Shown: piece by piece, positions 18,505 through 28,405 of the stretch
Numbering within the stretch: the first letter of the stretch is position 1
How the letters are laid out: every line of letters starts with the position of its first letter
Assembly: GCA_027025175.1 (NCBI GenBank)
Contig: JALVRF010000127.1
Span: forward strand, 16,140 to 80,139
Length of the DNA: 64,000 bases
From: Candidatus Aminicenantes bacterium
GTDB taxonomy: Bacteria; Acidobacteriota; Aminicenantia; S016-38
Direction: 5' to 3'
The notes under the pieces: model-generated
What the model was told of the DNA's origin: nothing
What the model saw: only the letters and a program-made list of their open reading frames with translations
Database searches by the model: none
Translations under genes and position numbers: made by a program

Positions 18505-20289
18505 ATGAGAAAACTAATCTTTTTCCTCGCTCCCCTTCTTCTATTTTCCGGGGTCATATCCTATAAAATGGAAGTGGCCCTGGAAATAAAGGGAAGGTAT
18601 AAGGTCTTTGTAAAGGGAAGGGAAATTATTCAATGGGAAAATAACGCTCAGGTCCCGGTAGAGAGAATTCCCTTTCATCTTTATCAAAACGCCTTCAGGA
18701 AGGGCTCCTCCTTTATGAAGGAAATTGGAGGACTTCCCCGAAAATGGAAAAAACACAAAGAATGGTGGGGAAAGGAAGAAATTAAAAGGATAACGGTAAA
18801 TGGAAATGACCTCACCGGAACCCTAAAGTTTACACAACCTGATGATGGGAACTCTGAGGATAGAACTGTGGCGGAAATCACCCTTCCAGAGCCGGCAGAA
18901 CCCGGGGATCAATTGACCATTGAGGTGGAGTTTACAACCAAACTGCCCAAGGTCTTTGCCCGTTCCGGCTCAGGTGTCGGATATTATTTCGTGTCCCAGT
19001 GGTTTCCCAAACCCGGAGTTCTCCTTGACGACGGGAAATGGGTATGCCATCAATATCACAGGAACGGGGAATTCTTTGCGGACTTCTCAACCTATGAAGT
19101 TAAAATTAAAGCCCCATCCGACCTTGTTGTAACGGCCAATGGGGAACTGGTGAAACAGGAAAAGTCAGGGAAAAATCAGAGCCTTCTCTTCCGCCAGGAA
19201 CGGGTTCACGACTTCGTATGGGTAGCGGATAAGGACTTTATAAAGGTGGAAGACAGGTTTTCCTCTCCCAAGCAGCCAGAGGTAAAAATTCTCCTTTTCA
19301 TTCAGCCGGACCACCTCAGGCAGAAGGGAAGATATCTTGAAGCCATAAAGAGAGCGTTGAAGTTCTATTCCGAAAAAATAGGCCCCTATCCCTACAAAAG
19401 GATAACTATCATAGATCCTGACATCTCGGCCATGAGAACCTCAGGGATGGAATACCCCACCCTTATAACAGGGGGAAGCCTGTATCTTCTTCCTAAGGGG
19501 ATAAAATTCACGAAGGATGTTACCATCCACGAGTTCGGCCATCAGTACTGGTACGGGGTGGTGGCAAACAACGAGACCGACGAAGCCTGGCTCGACGAAG
19601 GAGTTAATACTTTCTTTGAGGAGAATATCATGGACACCTACCCATGGTTTTTTGACATCCTGGGATACAGAGCCAGGGACAGCGAAAGGTTGAGACTCGG
19701 ATACATAAAATCCACCTATGCGGACCCCATAATTACCCCCTCATGGAAGTTCTTTCCTGGAACCTATTCCGCCAATGTTTACACAAAGACGGCCCTTACC
19801 CTTGAAACATGGAAAAGGCTTGTAGGGGAAGACAAGTTCTTCTCAGCCCTTAGCGAATATTACAGAAAATACGCCTTTTCCCATCCCACCTCCTCGGACT
19901 TCTTCAACACCGTGCAGCAATACCTGGGGGATTGGTCAGGGCTCTGGAAACCCATGTTCTACCGGGCTGGAAAGGTAAACTGGAAGGTTTACGGGGTCTG
20001 GGGCAGGGAGGTCATCCTGCTCAGGCAGGGCCTTGATGTGGAGGTGCCGGTGGAAGTGGAAGTTGAAACCCAGGATGGTAAGAAACACAGTTTCGTGTGG
20101 GAGGGCAAATGGTTGAAAAAAAACTTCGGGAAAAAGGTTGTTAAGGTGAGCATAGACCCCAAGGAAAAACTCATGATTGATGCCAATCCCTTTGACAATC
20201 GCTGGTCCAGGAAATCTTCCATCCCCTCGCGCCTCGCCTGGCGTTTTCTGGTAAACATTCAGGCCATATTTTTGAATTTATTACCTTAG
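18505..20289 (+). CDS. Secreted M1-family zinc metallopeptidase (aminopeptidase N-like, short form)
   Basis: Signal peptide, and HEFGHQYWYG...WLDEGVNTFFE matching HEXXH-X18-E. Confidence 0.75.
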   Translation: MRKLIFFLAPLLLFSGVISYKMEVALEIKGRYKVFVKGREIIQWENNAQVPVERIPFHLYQNAFRKGSSFMKEIGGLPRKWKKHKEWWGKEEIKRITVNGNDLTGTLKFTQPDDGNSEDRTVAEITLPEPAEPGDQLTIEVEFTTKLPKVFARSGSGVGYYFVSQWFPKPGVLLDDGKWVCHQYHRNGEFFADFSTYEVKIKAPSDLVVTANGELVKQEKSGKNQSLLFRQERVHDFVWVADKDFIKVEDRFSSPKQPEVKILLFIQPDHLRQKGRYLEAIKRALKFYSEKIGPYPYKRITIIDPDISAMRTSGMEYPTLITGGSLYLLPKGIKFTKDVTIHEFGHQYWYGVVANNETDEAWLDEGVNTFFEENIMDTYPWFFDILGYRARDSERLRLGYIKSTYADPIITPSWKFFPGTYSANVYTKTALTLETWKRLVGEDKFFSALSEYYRKYAFSHPTSSDFFNTVQQYLGDWSGLWKPMFYRAGKVNWKVYGVWGREVILLRQGLDVEVPVEVEVETQDGKKHSFVWEGKWLKKNFGKKVVKVSIDPKEKLMIDANPFDNRWSRKSSIPSRLAWRFLVNIQAIFLNLLP

Positions 20290-20299
20290 GAGAGTAAAA

Positions 20300-21097
20300 A
20301 TGAAGGGAATATTAAACTATCTGGAAGGTTTAAAGGAAGCGGCCTGGGAATTGAGGTATAGTTTTTACATATGGCTTCTATCCCTGGGGTTTTCCCTTTC
20401 ACTTTACATTCCCGTGACGAAATTCTTCTCACGGAGACTGGGACACTTCGCCGACTGGGCCTATCTTAAAGAACATCCCGCTTACATATCCCTGCTCTAT
20501 TCCAATTCGGGACTTCTCCTTTCCTTCATGCTCTCGCTGTTTCTCATTTTCTACATAGCCAGTTTGATCGTGGAGGGGGGAATCTGGGCTGGAATTTTGA
20601 GGAGGGAACCCTTTTCCTACTGGAGACGGTATTTTTCAAGGTTTTTTTTCCTTGAAATTCTTACCCCAATAGTTTATCTGCCCTTTTTGGCCATAGGAGG
20701 GATTTTAGCCCTTCTTTTAAAACCAATCCCCTATTATCATGAAAAGGTCTTCTCCTGGGCAGTTATGGGTTACATTTTTGTCCTGATATTTCTCATTTTC
20801 CTGGCTTCTGTTACAAAGGATTACGCGAAGATTTCCGTGATAAGGGATAATTCTTCATGCCTGAAGGCTATATTCCACGCCTGGAAGGTAGGGTTCGGTC
20901 GGTGGTTTTCCTCTGCAATTATGGGAATCATTGCCTTCGTTCTCTGGGCTGTTCCCTTTTTCCTGTTTAAGGACCTGCTATCCTCCCTGCCATCCTTTCT
21001 CTTTTTCCTCCTCCTTCAGATTCCGCTACTTTTAAAAGCCTATACGAGGGTTGCCCTTTTCTACGGTGAGAAATACCTGAGCCGGGACTTTTTCTGA
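20300..21097 (+). CDS. Polytopic membrane protein of unknown function
   Basis: 265 aa with about 6-7 hydrophobic segments and no recognisable motif. Confidence 0.45.
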   Translation: MKGILNYLEGLKEAAWELRYSFYIWLLSLGFSLSLYIPVTKFFSRRLGHFADWAYLKEHPAYISLLYSNSGLLLSFMLSLFLIFYIASLIVEGGIWAGILRREPFSYWRRYFSRFFFLEILTPIVYLPFLAIGGILALLLKPIPYYHEKVFSWAVMGYIFVLIFLIFLASVTKDYAKISVIRDNSSCLKAIFHAWKVGFGRWFSSAIMGIIAFVLWAVPFFLFKDLLSSLPSFLFFLLLQIPLLLKAYTRVALFYGEKYLSRDFF

Positions 21098-21101
21098 GTT
21101 A

Positions 21102-21107
21102 TATAAT
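21102..21107 (+). promoter_or_regulatory. -10 hexamer (TATAAT) 6 nt upstream of the znuA-like ATG, leaderless-type
   Basis: TATAAT-aaacct-ATG (21114); no SD. Confidence 0.4.
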
Positions 21108-21113
21108 AAACCT

Positions 21114-21887
21114 ATGAAAAAGGTCGTCTTTTTTCTTTTCCCCCTGGTTCTCTTCGCTCAGGTTGCCGTTTCCATAAAGCCCCTGGCCCTGGTAATGAAG
21201 GAACTCTATCCAGGAAAGGTAATGGTTGTCGTTCCTCCAAACCGCTCCCCTCATGTTTTCTCCCCCAGCCCGGGGAAAGTGAAGGAGATATTAAGGGCAA
21301 AGGTTCTGTTCAAAATAGGGGCTGGACTTGAGCCCTGGAGAATTCCTTCGGTAAGGGAAGTGGAACTTTCCACCGTCGTCTCCCTGATTTCAAGAAATGG
21401 AAAGCCCAACCCCCATTTCTGGCTTTCCCCAAAAAGGATGCTGCAGGCCCTTGATTTGATGGAAAAAACCCTGGAGGAGACCTTTCCTGAACTGAAGGAA
21501 GAAATAAGGAGGAGGACCAAAAAGGAAAGGAAAGAACTTCAGGCCCTGGACAACAAAATAAAGGCAATACTTTCCCCGGTAAGGGGAAAATTCCTGGTTC
21601 TTTACAGACCTGCTTGGTTATATTTAGCGGAAGACTATGGTTTCCCTGACCCTGTAATCCTGACTTCGGACCCATCTCGCCCCCCATCCCCCACAAAACT
21701 AAGAAAAATCAAGGGGGATCTCCTTATTTGTGACCCTTCCCTCCCCCGCGAGAAGGCCAGGATGCTTTCCCGATGGCTGAACATCCCCTTTGTTTATATG
21801 GACCCCCTGGCCAGTCTTAGGGATTACTCATCTTACAGTGAATTTCTCCTAGAAAATGTCAGAAATTTAGCAGGAGCCCTTCAATGA
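21114..21887 (+). CDS. Metal (Zn/Mn) ABC transporter substrate-binding protein, TroA/ZnuA-like
   Basis: Signal peptide and cluster-9 SBP pattern; followed by ABC ATPase and permease genes. Confidence 0.6.
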   Translation: MKKVVFFLFPLVLFAQVAVSIKPLALVMKELYPGKVMVVVPPNRSPHVFSPSPGKVKEILRAKVLFKIGAGLEPWRIPSVREVELSTVVSLISRNGKPNPHFWLSPKRMLQALDLMEKTLEETFPELKEEIRRRTKKERKELQALDNKIKAILSPVRGKFLVLYRPAWLYLAEDYGFPDPVILTSDPSRPPSPTKLRKIKGDLLICDPSLPREKARMLSRWLNIPFVYMDPLASLRDYSSYSEFLLENVRNLAGALQ

Positions 21888-22654
21888 AGGCTCTGGAAAT
21901 AAAGGGAGTCTGGTTTTCTTACGAGGCCAATGTGGTTTTAAAGGATATAAACTTCAGCGTTGAGGAAGGGGAACTGGTGGCCATTCTGGGCCCCAACGGG
22001 GCTGGAAAAACCACCCTGCTTAAGATAATACTGGGCCTGCTTAAACCCCACAGGGGAGAAGTCAGGATTTTCGGTCTCCCCCCTGAGAAAGCCAGGGGTA
22101 TCGTGGGTTATGTTCCGCAGAACCTTTCCCCAAACCGGAGGATGCCCATAACAGCAGAGACTGTGGTTCTCATGGGAGCCTACAGGGGTTTTCTAAAACC
22201 CACGGGAAAGCAAACCCGGGATGAAGTGGAGGAAGTGCTCAAACAGGTGGGAATGCTCTCTTTTAAAAATAGACTGTTCGGGGAACTTTCAGGGGGACAG
22301 AGGCAGAGAATCCTCATTGCGAGGGCCCTGGTCAGAAAGCCAAAATTGTTAATTCTGGACGAGCCAGAAACCGGACTGGACCCATCCTTTCAGGAGGGCT
22401 TTTACCGTCTTATCCTCAGGATAAAGGAGACCTTTGGCACCACTGTATTAACCGTCACCCACGATGTTATGGCCGTATCCCAGCGGGTCTCCTCCATAGC
22501 ATGCCTGAACAGGGAACTCATAGCCCACGGAAGACCCCAGGAGGTCCTTACAGCCCAGAATTTAAAATGTCTTTACGGGGAAGCAGCGGCCTATTTTGGA
22601 CACGGCCCTGCACCCCATCTGGTGGTGGAGGAACACAGTGGCGGAAATTCTTAG
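21884..22654 (+). CDS. Metal ABC transporter ATP-binding protein (ZnuC-like)
   Basis: GPNGAGKTT, LSGGQRQRILIARAL, LLILDEPETGLD. Confidence 0.8.
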   Translation: MKALEIKGVWFSYEANVVLKDINFSVEEGELVAILGPNGAGKTTLLKIILGLLKPHRGEVRIFGLPPEKARGIVGYVPQNLSPNRRMPITAETVVLMGAYRGFLKPTGKQTRDEVEEVLKQVGMLSFKNRLFGELSGGQRQRILIARALVRKPKLLILDEPETGLDPSFQEGFYRLILRIKETFGTTVLTVTHDVMAVSQRVSSIACLNRELIAHGRPQEVLTAQNLKCLYGEAAAYFGHGPAPHLVVEEHSGGNS

Positions 22655-23444
22655 TCTCCCCTTTATGAGAAATGCCCTTATAGCAGGGCTTGCAGTCTCA
22701 GTGGCAGCAGCCTTTATAGGAAGTTTTGTGGTGGCCAGGAGAATGGCCTTTATAGGCGCGGGAATAGCCCACTCCTCCTTTGCCGGTGTGGTGATTGGTC
22801 TTCTTATTGGAATGGACCCTCTGATTTCAGCAGGGATTTTTGCCTCCCTGACAGGTCTGTCCATAGGTTTCCTTTCCAGGAACTACAGAATAGAAGAGGA
22901 AAGCGCAGTAGGGGTTTTCTTTCCCTTCTCCATGGCCCTGGGCATAATTCTACTGGGCTTCATAAAGGGCTTTACCCCTGACATAATGGGCTACCTTTTC
23001 GGGGATGTGCTCCTGGTGGGGAAGACAGAGATTCTACTTTCAATCCTTACCCTGGTACTCGTTACATTCTTTTTCATGATATTCTTCAGGGAAATGGTTT
23101 ATTCCACCTTTGACGAGGAAACCTCAAGGGTCCTCGGGATAAAGGTTTCGCTGGTCTATTATCTTTTCCTTTTTCTAAGTTCAATAACCATAGTGGTGAG
23201 TATTAAGGTTGTGGGAATAATTCTGCTCTCAGGACTGCTGGTTATCCCCCCTCTTTCAGCCCTACAGTTTGCCAGAAACATGAAATCCTATGTGTTTTTA
23301 TCGGTATTCTTCGGAATACTTTCCTCGGCAGGGGGATTATTCCTGTCTTACTGGTTAGACCTTCCATCCGGAGCAACTATAATTTCCGTAAGTTTTTTCC
23401 TTCTCCTTGCCGCTGGCTTTATAAGAAGAATATTCATGCGGTAA
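22638..23444 (+). CDS. Metal ABC transporter permease (ZnuB-like)
   Basis: ABC-3 permease pattern with 8 TM segments. Start ambiguous: GTG at 22638 or ATG at 22665. Confidence 0.7.
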   Translation: MAEILSLPFMRNALIAGLAVSVAAAFIGSFVVARRMAFIGAGIAHSSFAGVVIGLLIGMDPLISAGIFASLTGLSIGFLSRNYRIEEESAVGVFFPFSMALGIILLGFIKGFTPDIMGYLFGDVLLVGKTEILLSILTLVLVTFFFMIFFREMVYSTFDEETSRVLGIKVSLVYYLFLFLSSITIVVSIKVVGIILLSGLLVIPPLSALQFARNMKSYVFLSVFFGILSSAGGLFLSYWLDLPSGATIISVSFFLLLAAGFIRRIFMR

Positions 23445-23460
23445 GGAAAATCCGGGTTAA

Positions 23461-24030
23461 TTATTCCTCAAATATGAGTTTAAGGGGTTCCTCTTTAACC
23501 TGAGGGAGTTCTCTTATGACTTTGTAAAATTCAATTATGTCCTGGAAGGGACCTTCCACAAGATATTCCCCCTCGTAAACATAAGGATGGAGAGGAGTAT
23601 ACATTTCCGTCTGTTCCGCGTCCTTTATATATGTTTCCTTCTCATCGTGTTTCTTTATATATTCGGCCGAAATTTTTTCAATGGCCTTCTTCAATTTATC
23701 CGCTATTTCTCTGTTGTAAATGGAAAAACTGAACTTCACCGAGGCTCCCTTTATGGGTCTTACTGTTCTCAGTCTGAGGCCAAGCCTATCCGTGCACCTT
23801 TCTATGCTTTTTTTCAACTCCTCTGCCACATCCTCCCTTACCACAAAGTGGGTAAGGTTTTCCAGGCCAAACCACTCCCGAAGAGAATCGGACAATGTGG
23901 ACCTTTCAATACCTAAAACCTTGCTGAAATAAACTACCTCTTCCTCTATGCCCTTTCCCCTCAACCATCCATAAACGAAACCCTTGGTTAAAAGTAAAGG
24001 TGCTTCCACCACGAATTCGTAGAAGGTCAT
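23461..24030 (-). CDS. Hypothetical protein (189 aa, soluble, acidic)
   Basis: Clean ORF with a GGAGG RBS and no recognisable domain. Confidence 0.45.
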   Translation of the reverse strand: MTFYEFVVEAPLLLTKGFVYGWLRGKGIEEEVVYFSKVLGIERSTLSDSLREWFGLENLTHFVVREDVAEELKKSIERCTDRLGLRLRTVRPIKGASVKFSFSIYNREIADKLKKAIEKISAEYIKKHDEKETYIKDAEQTEMYTPLHPYVYEGEYLVEGPFQDIIEFYKVIRELPQVKEEPLKLIFEE

Positions 24031-24098
24031 TTTTTCCTCCTTTAACCTGCTTTAAGAAGCCATATTACCAGGAGGAGATTTTTTTTTCAAGGCCACGA

Positions 24099-24107
24099 TG
24101 GTAGAAT
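24099..24107 (+). promoter_or_regulatory. Extended -10 element (TGgTAGAAT) 6 nt upstream of the ATG, leaderless-type promoter
   Basis: TGnTAGAAT at 24099..24107, then 6 nt, then the ATG at 24114. No SD. Confidence 0.4.
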
Positions 24108-24113
24108 TTGTTC

Positions 24114-24863
24114 ATGAGAAAGTTATTACCTTCTATCATCGCATTGTTTTTGGTTCTGCCGTTAAGGGCAGACATAGGTTTTGAATTTTTCGGTGGGGCT
24201 GGCGTGTGGTCTCTCAATCTTCTTAAAGGCAAAATTGAAAGTTTCGCCCGCGACAGAGTGGACGAGGTTTTGAAGGGTAAACTTGAAGATGAATACCCCC
24301 AACTGAGGGGAGCGGACTATCAGCATTCTGAAACTTTTTCTTCCGGTGGCGGGAGTTTCTCTGGAGGATTCAGGATTTATCCTGGCGGGAAAAATTCCGG
24401 ATTCAGCATCGGGGTCAGTTTTATAAGGCTCTCAATGGATGTAAGGGTTGACGGCAAGATAACTGTCACAAAAAGCAGTGATCGGGCCGAAATATCAGGA
24501 GGAGGAAAGGTGGTAATTAATTCCTATGGTGCCATGCTTTCACTGAGAGGGCTCCTTTTCCCCTCACTTCCGGTAACTCCTTATCTTTCCTTCGGATTAG
24601 GAGCCGGAACCCTTAAGGGGGAAATTTCCTATGAGGGAAAAGGCACTGTGTGGTATCAGGGAAATCAGGAGGATTTCAGCCAGAAGGAAACCAAGACCAT
24701 AGACCAGCTCAGGCAGGAGGAGGAAAATATTCCCAATCTCCTTCCCATGTTGCAACTGGGAATCGGAATAGACGGAAAGGTAGGCGGAGGCTTATCCTTC
24801 TTCGTAGAGGGCGGAATTCTCGACGGTTTCTATGTGGGCGGTGGTATGCTTTACAGGTTTTAA
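24114..24863 (+). CDS. Putative outer-membrane beta-barrel protein
   Basis: Signal peptide MRKLLPSIIALFLVLPLRA, Gly/aromatic-rich alternating strands, C-terminal ...GGGMLYRF. Confidence 0.5.
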   Translation: MRKLLPSIIALFLVLPLRADIGFEFFGGAGVWSLNLLKGKIESFARDRVDEVLKGKLEDEYPQLRGADYQHSETFSSGGGSFSGGFRIYPGGKNSGFSIGVSFIRLSMDVRVDGKITVTKSSDRAEISGGGKVVINSYGAMLSLRGLLFPSLPVTPYLSFGLGAGTLKGEISYEGKGTVWYQGNQEDFSQKETKTIDQLRQEEENIPNLLPMLQLGIGIDGKVGGGLSFFVEGGILDGFYVGGGMLYRF

Positions 24864-26212
24864 AAGTAGAGCGTGAATTCCCCAGGAGTTGGCCTCCCGT
24901 AGACTAAATTTATCTCCTCCCGCTTCAGGGAAATCCACTTGGAAATCAACGCCTCGCTGAAAACATCATCACGAAGTAAATAGTCATTTTCATCTTCCAG
25001 TTCCTTGAGAGCCTGTTCCAAGGAACCTGGCATCTCCTCCTTTAAAATAGCCCTACCCTCCTCAGCGGGTCCATAGCCCATTTCTACAGGATCAAGTTCC
25101 TTTATAACCCCGTCCAGTCCTGCCATTATTATGGAGGAAAGAATCAAATATGGGTTCCCGGTAAAATCAGGGGTTCTGAATTCTATCCTTGTCCTATCTG
25201 GGTCCTTAATGTATCCAGGAATCCTGATGGCCGATCCCCTGTTTCCCCTGCCGAAACTTATGGAGGAAGGGGCCTCAAAACCGCCCCTGAGCCTTTTATA
25301 GGAATTGGTGGACGCATTGGTAAAGGCTGCCAGGGACTTGGCATGGTAAAGAAGTCCGCCTATGTAATGGAGGGCCTTCGTGCTGAGATTTGCATATCCC
25401 TCATGACTATAAAAAACATTTTTTTCGTTCTTCACCACCATTTGATGGAGGTGCCAGCCGGTGCCCGCCTGATTATAGATGGGCTTCGGCATAAAGGTCA
25501 GGAAAAATCCCTTACTTGATGCCAGACCTTTGAGTAAATACTTGATTTTGATGGCATTATCCGCCGTCTCCAGTGTGGGAGTAAAAACGGTCTCTATCTC
25601 CTGCTGACCTGACTGGCCAACTTCATGATGGTGGTATTTGACCCTTATCCCTGCCCTTTCAAGGAGAGATACTGCGGAGTCCCTGAAATCCAGGAATTCA
25701 TCCTCGGGCAATTCCCTGTGATATCCGTTGTAATACTCTCCTTTCTCTGAACTCAGATGAAAACCGCTGGAAAATGGCTCCTGATAAAATTCCGCATTGT
25801 GAAAAATGTAAAACTCGTACTCCGGTCCCCAGTAGAGGTCATCGCCCATCCGGGTTTTCTTCAAGACCTCCAGACTTTTCTCCAGTATGAATCTCGGGTC
25901 CAGGGGATAACGGGTCCTGTCCTTGTCGGCCATGTGTATTGAACAGAGGAAGGACATGGTAGGCTCTTCGTGGAAGGGGTCCAGAAAGCCTGTTTCCAGA
26001 ATGGGCTTCAACACTAAGTCCGAGGATTCAATCTTCACATATCCATAACTGGAGCCATCAAAGCCCACTCCCTCCTCAATTATGTCCTCAAAATAAGAAC
26101 CCGGCAAAGTTACATGGTGAAGTCTACCCCTCAGGTCAAGGGCTTTAAGGTCCACGTATTTTATCTCTCCGTTCCTCAACCTGGCCAGTATTTTTTCCCT
26201 ATCCATGAGCAC
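24860..26212 (-). CDS. glnA: Glutamine synthetase, type I (short, alpha-like)
   Basis: 450 aa with an N-terminal beta-grasp and catalytic-domain motifs (e.g. NASTNSYKRL). GGAGGTG RBS. Confidence 0.85.
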   Translation of the reverse strand: MLMDREKILARLRNGEIKYVDLKALDLRGRLHHVTLPGSYFEDIIEEGVGFDGSSYGYVKIESSDLVLKPILETGFLDPFHEEPTMSFLCSIHMADKDRTRYPLDPRFILEKSLEVLKKTRMGDDLYWGPEYEFYIFHNAEFYQEPFSSGFHLSSEKGEYYNGYHRELPEDEFLDFRDSAVSLLERAGIRVKYHHHEVGQSGQQEIETVFTPTLETADNAIKIKYLLKGLASSKGFFLTFMPKPIYNQAGTGWHLHQMVVKNEKNVFYSHEGYANLSTKALHYIGGLLYHAKSLAAFTNASTNSYKRLRGGFEAPSSISFGRGNRGSAIRIPGYIKDPDRTRIEFRTPDFTGNPYLILSSIIMAGLDGVIKELDPVEMGYGPAEEGRAILKEEMPGSLEQALKELEDENDYLLRDDVFSEALISKWISLKREEINLVYGRPTPGEFTLYF

Positions 26213-26250
26213 CTCCGGGTGTTATTATATCAAAAGAGATTATTTCAGCC

Positions 26251-27423
26251 ATGATGATAAGCACAGGGGAAATTAAGAAGGATTATCAATCGCTAAAGGG
26301 TGCAGACTACAGGGATATCTATGCGGAGGAAGGTATTCACCGGGTTGTAAAAGACATAAAGGGAAAAGTATCCCATTTTTACCATAAGGAAGCAGGAAAA
26401 GCCCTGAGGTGGATTAGCGGAGAATCGGAATTCCTGAGGGCCCAGTCTCTGCCAGTTCAGGAGGAAGCCGGGGATGATTTGTTCCTGGAAGAAATCGTTC
26501 GAAGGCTCAGGGATCGGGGAGTAGAGGGGGATATAACTGTCAGCGCCAGCGTCAAAAAATCCCTGGTTTTCAATGGAGAAAACCTGTTCAAAAAGAGGGA
26601 GGAAATTTACATATTGAAAGCCAGAGAAAAGGGAATCATGCAGACCTCAATTTTCACTTCAAGACCCGGGGATGTTTTCCTTGACGGCTTCGTCAGCGAA
26701 TTGCAGGAGAAGCAGAGGGCCAGGAAAGCATCAAGGCCTGTTCCCAAGGAGGGGGAAGTTTTTCTTCTCTTCACCGAATCCGCAGCCTCTTTTTTCGTCC
26801 ACGAAATACTCTGGCATCCACTGGAACTGGACCTGGTCCTCAAGGGAGAATCATTTCTTGACCTATCATCATTAGGGGACATGGTTTTCCCTGAAGAAAT
26901 TTCACTATCCTCTTCCTCGCCGTTTCCCGACGATGAAGGCAATCCTCCGGGAAATTTCAGCCTTATTGAAGAAGGGAGACTCGTCAATTTTGCCTCTTCA
27001 GTTTTTTATTCCCTCCTCTCAAAAATGCCCCTTGTCCCACATGGAAGAAGAGAAAGGTATTTCCATCATCCTGAGGTAAGGCCGCAAAAAACCTTCATTC
27101 ACAGGGGAAAATTATCACAACTGGAACTTTTGCGGAAGATAAATCGGGGAATCCTGATAAGGGAAGTGGAAAAGGCCTGGGTGGACTTTGCAAGAAGCAG
27201 AGCAATTTTCAAAATAAATCTTGGCTACTGGATAGAACAGGGCGAAATCACTTTTCCCATCCCTCACGCGAGGGTATGGGTAGACCTGCCCATCAGGGAA
27301 ATCTGGCTTTCCACCGAACTTAACCGGGAAGAGCATTTTTTCTGTATAAAAGAAGGGCAGAAGGTGGTTTTTTCTTCTCTTTCCCCTGATTTCCTTATAA
27401 AGGGCTATGTTAAAAATGATTAA
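26251..27423 (+). CDS. TldD/PmbA-family metallopeptidase (TldD-like, short form)
   Basis: HExxxH motif FFVHEILWHPLE and a C-terminal GYWIEQGEITFPI...CIKEGQKVVF block typical of peptidase U62. Confidence 0.6.
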   Translation: MMISTGEIKKDYQSLKGADYRDIYAEEGIHRVVKDIKGKVSHFYHKEAGKALRWISGESEFLRAQSLPVQEEAGDDLFLEEIVRRLRDRGVEGDITVSASVKKSLVFNGENLFKKREEIYILKAREKGIMQTSIFTSRPGDVFLDGFVSELQEKQRARKASRPVPKEGEVFLLFTESAASFFVHEILWHPLELDLVLKGESFLDLSSLGDMVFPEEISLSSSSPFPDDEGNPPGNFSLIEEGRLVNFASSVFYSLLSKMPLVPHGRRERYFHHPEVRPQKTFIHRGKLSQLELLRKINRGILIREVEKAWVDFARSRAIFKINLGYWIEQGEITFPIPHARVWVDLPIREIWLSTELNREEHFFCIKEGQKVVFSSLSPDFLIKGYVKND

Positions 27424-28405
27424 GGCCGCAGAAAAAATAATAGAATACCTCCAGTCTGAGGGCTATGAGGGGGATGTTCTTGCCTTTAAGGAAGAAAGGA
27501 TAAGCGTCAAAAGGGAACTGGGCCTGAAAATGGGGTTTTCAAGAAGAGGAGGTTTTTCAACCCGGTGGAGGGAAAGCAGAAAAGGTGTGTTCTTTCATTT
27601 CTCTACTTCCCCCGCTATAAACCCGGAAAGGGCCTTTATTATAAGCGAGGCAGTGGAACTACCCTTACCATCAAGAATAAGAAAAAGTGCGGTTAAACTC
27701 AGGGATGAAAGAGGTTTGCCAGTAGGAGAGGAAATTGAATTTCCGGACTGGATTTTTGAATTTGGCGGAATAGAAAGGAGTCTTCTCATTCAAAATACCC
27801 GTGGAGCCAAAAGTAACTATTCGGAAACACTGTTTTTCTTCAGAGGGGAAATCGCAGGGGAGGAGTTGTTCGCCTGGAGCAGGAAGAGGGATTTTCCCAA
27901 AAATATCCAGAGTCCAGGGGGAAAATACCTGGTGCTTCATCCTCTGGCCAGTTTCAAACTTATAAGGACCCTGCTCTCCGGTGAAATTAACATCAAGGGC
28001 TTCCCGGCGAGTATAATAGAAAATCCAGCCATAGACTACGCCCCTGGAAGTCACCCCTTTGACGCCTCAGGAAGGGATATGAAAAGGAGGCTTGTCTTTA
28101 AGAAGGGCAAAATTAAAGCCCAGAAGCCCATACATCTTCTGAGAAAAACCCCGGACTCCCCACCTTCCCTGGGCTGGACAAACATAATAATGGAACTGCC
28201 CACTGTATCCTGCGATTATTTCATCCTTGTTTTAAATCTAAAAGTATATGGGACGATTACAGAACTCATAACAGAGGACGGCAAAATAAGGGAAATCAAT
28301 ACAGATACTCTTCTTTCCTCTGTTAGCGGCAAGATAAGGGACGGCTGGTTTATAGGGCCTCCCTTCATAAAATCAGATTATATACTTCTCTCTCAGTACT
28401 CGTAA
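27407..28405 (+). CDS. TldE/PmbA-like partner protein (no HExxxH)
   Basis: Weak PmbA/TldD N- and C-domain resemblance. Overlaps the TldD-like gene by 17 nt. Confidence 0.45.
   Translation: MLKMIKAAEKIIEYLQSEGYEGDVLAFKEERISVKRELGLKMGFSRRGGFSTRWRESRKGVFFHFSTSPAINPERAFIISEAVELPLPSRIRKSAVKLRDERGLPVGEEIEFPDWIFEFGGIERSLLIQNTRGAKSNYSETLFFFRGEIAGEELFAWSRKRDFPKNIQSPGGKYLVLHPLASFKLIRTLLSGEINIKGFPASIIENPAIDYAPGSHPFDASGRDMKRRLVFKKGKIKAQKPIHLLRKTPDSPPSLGWTNIIMELPTVSCDYFILVLNLKVYGTITELITEDGKIREINTDTLLSSVSGKIRDGWFIGPPFIKSDYILLSQYS

Noticed and set aside
24860-26212. GS-like amidoligase acting with the divergent TldD/E pair in peptide modification
   Set aside because: The protein has the full GSI architecture and length expected for housekeeping glutamine synthetase. 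The linkage is only divergent adjacency.
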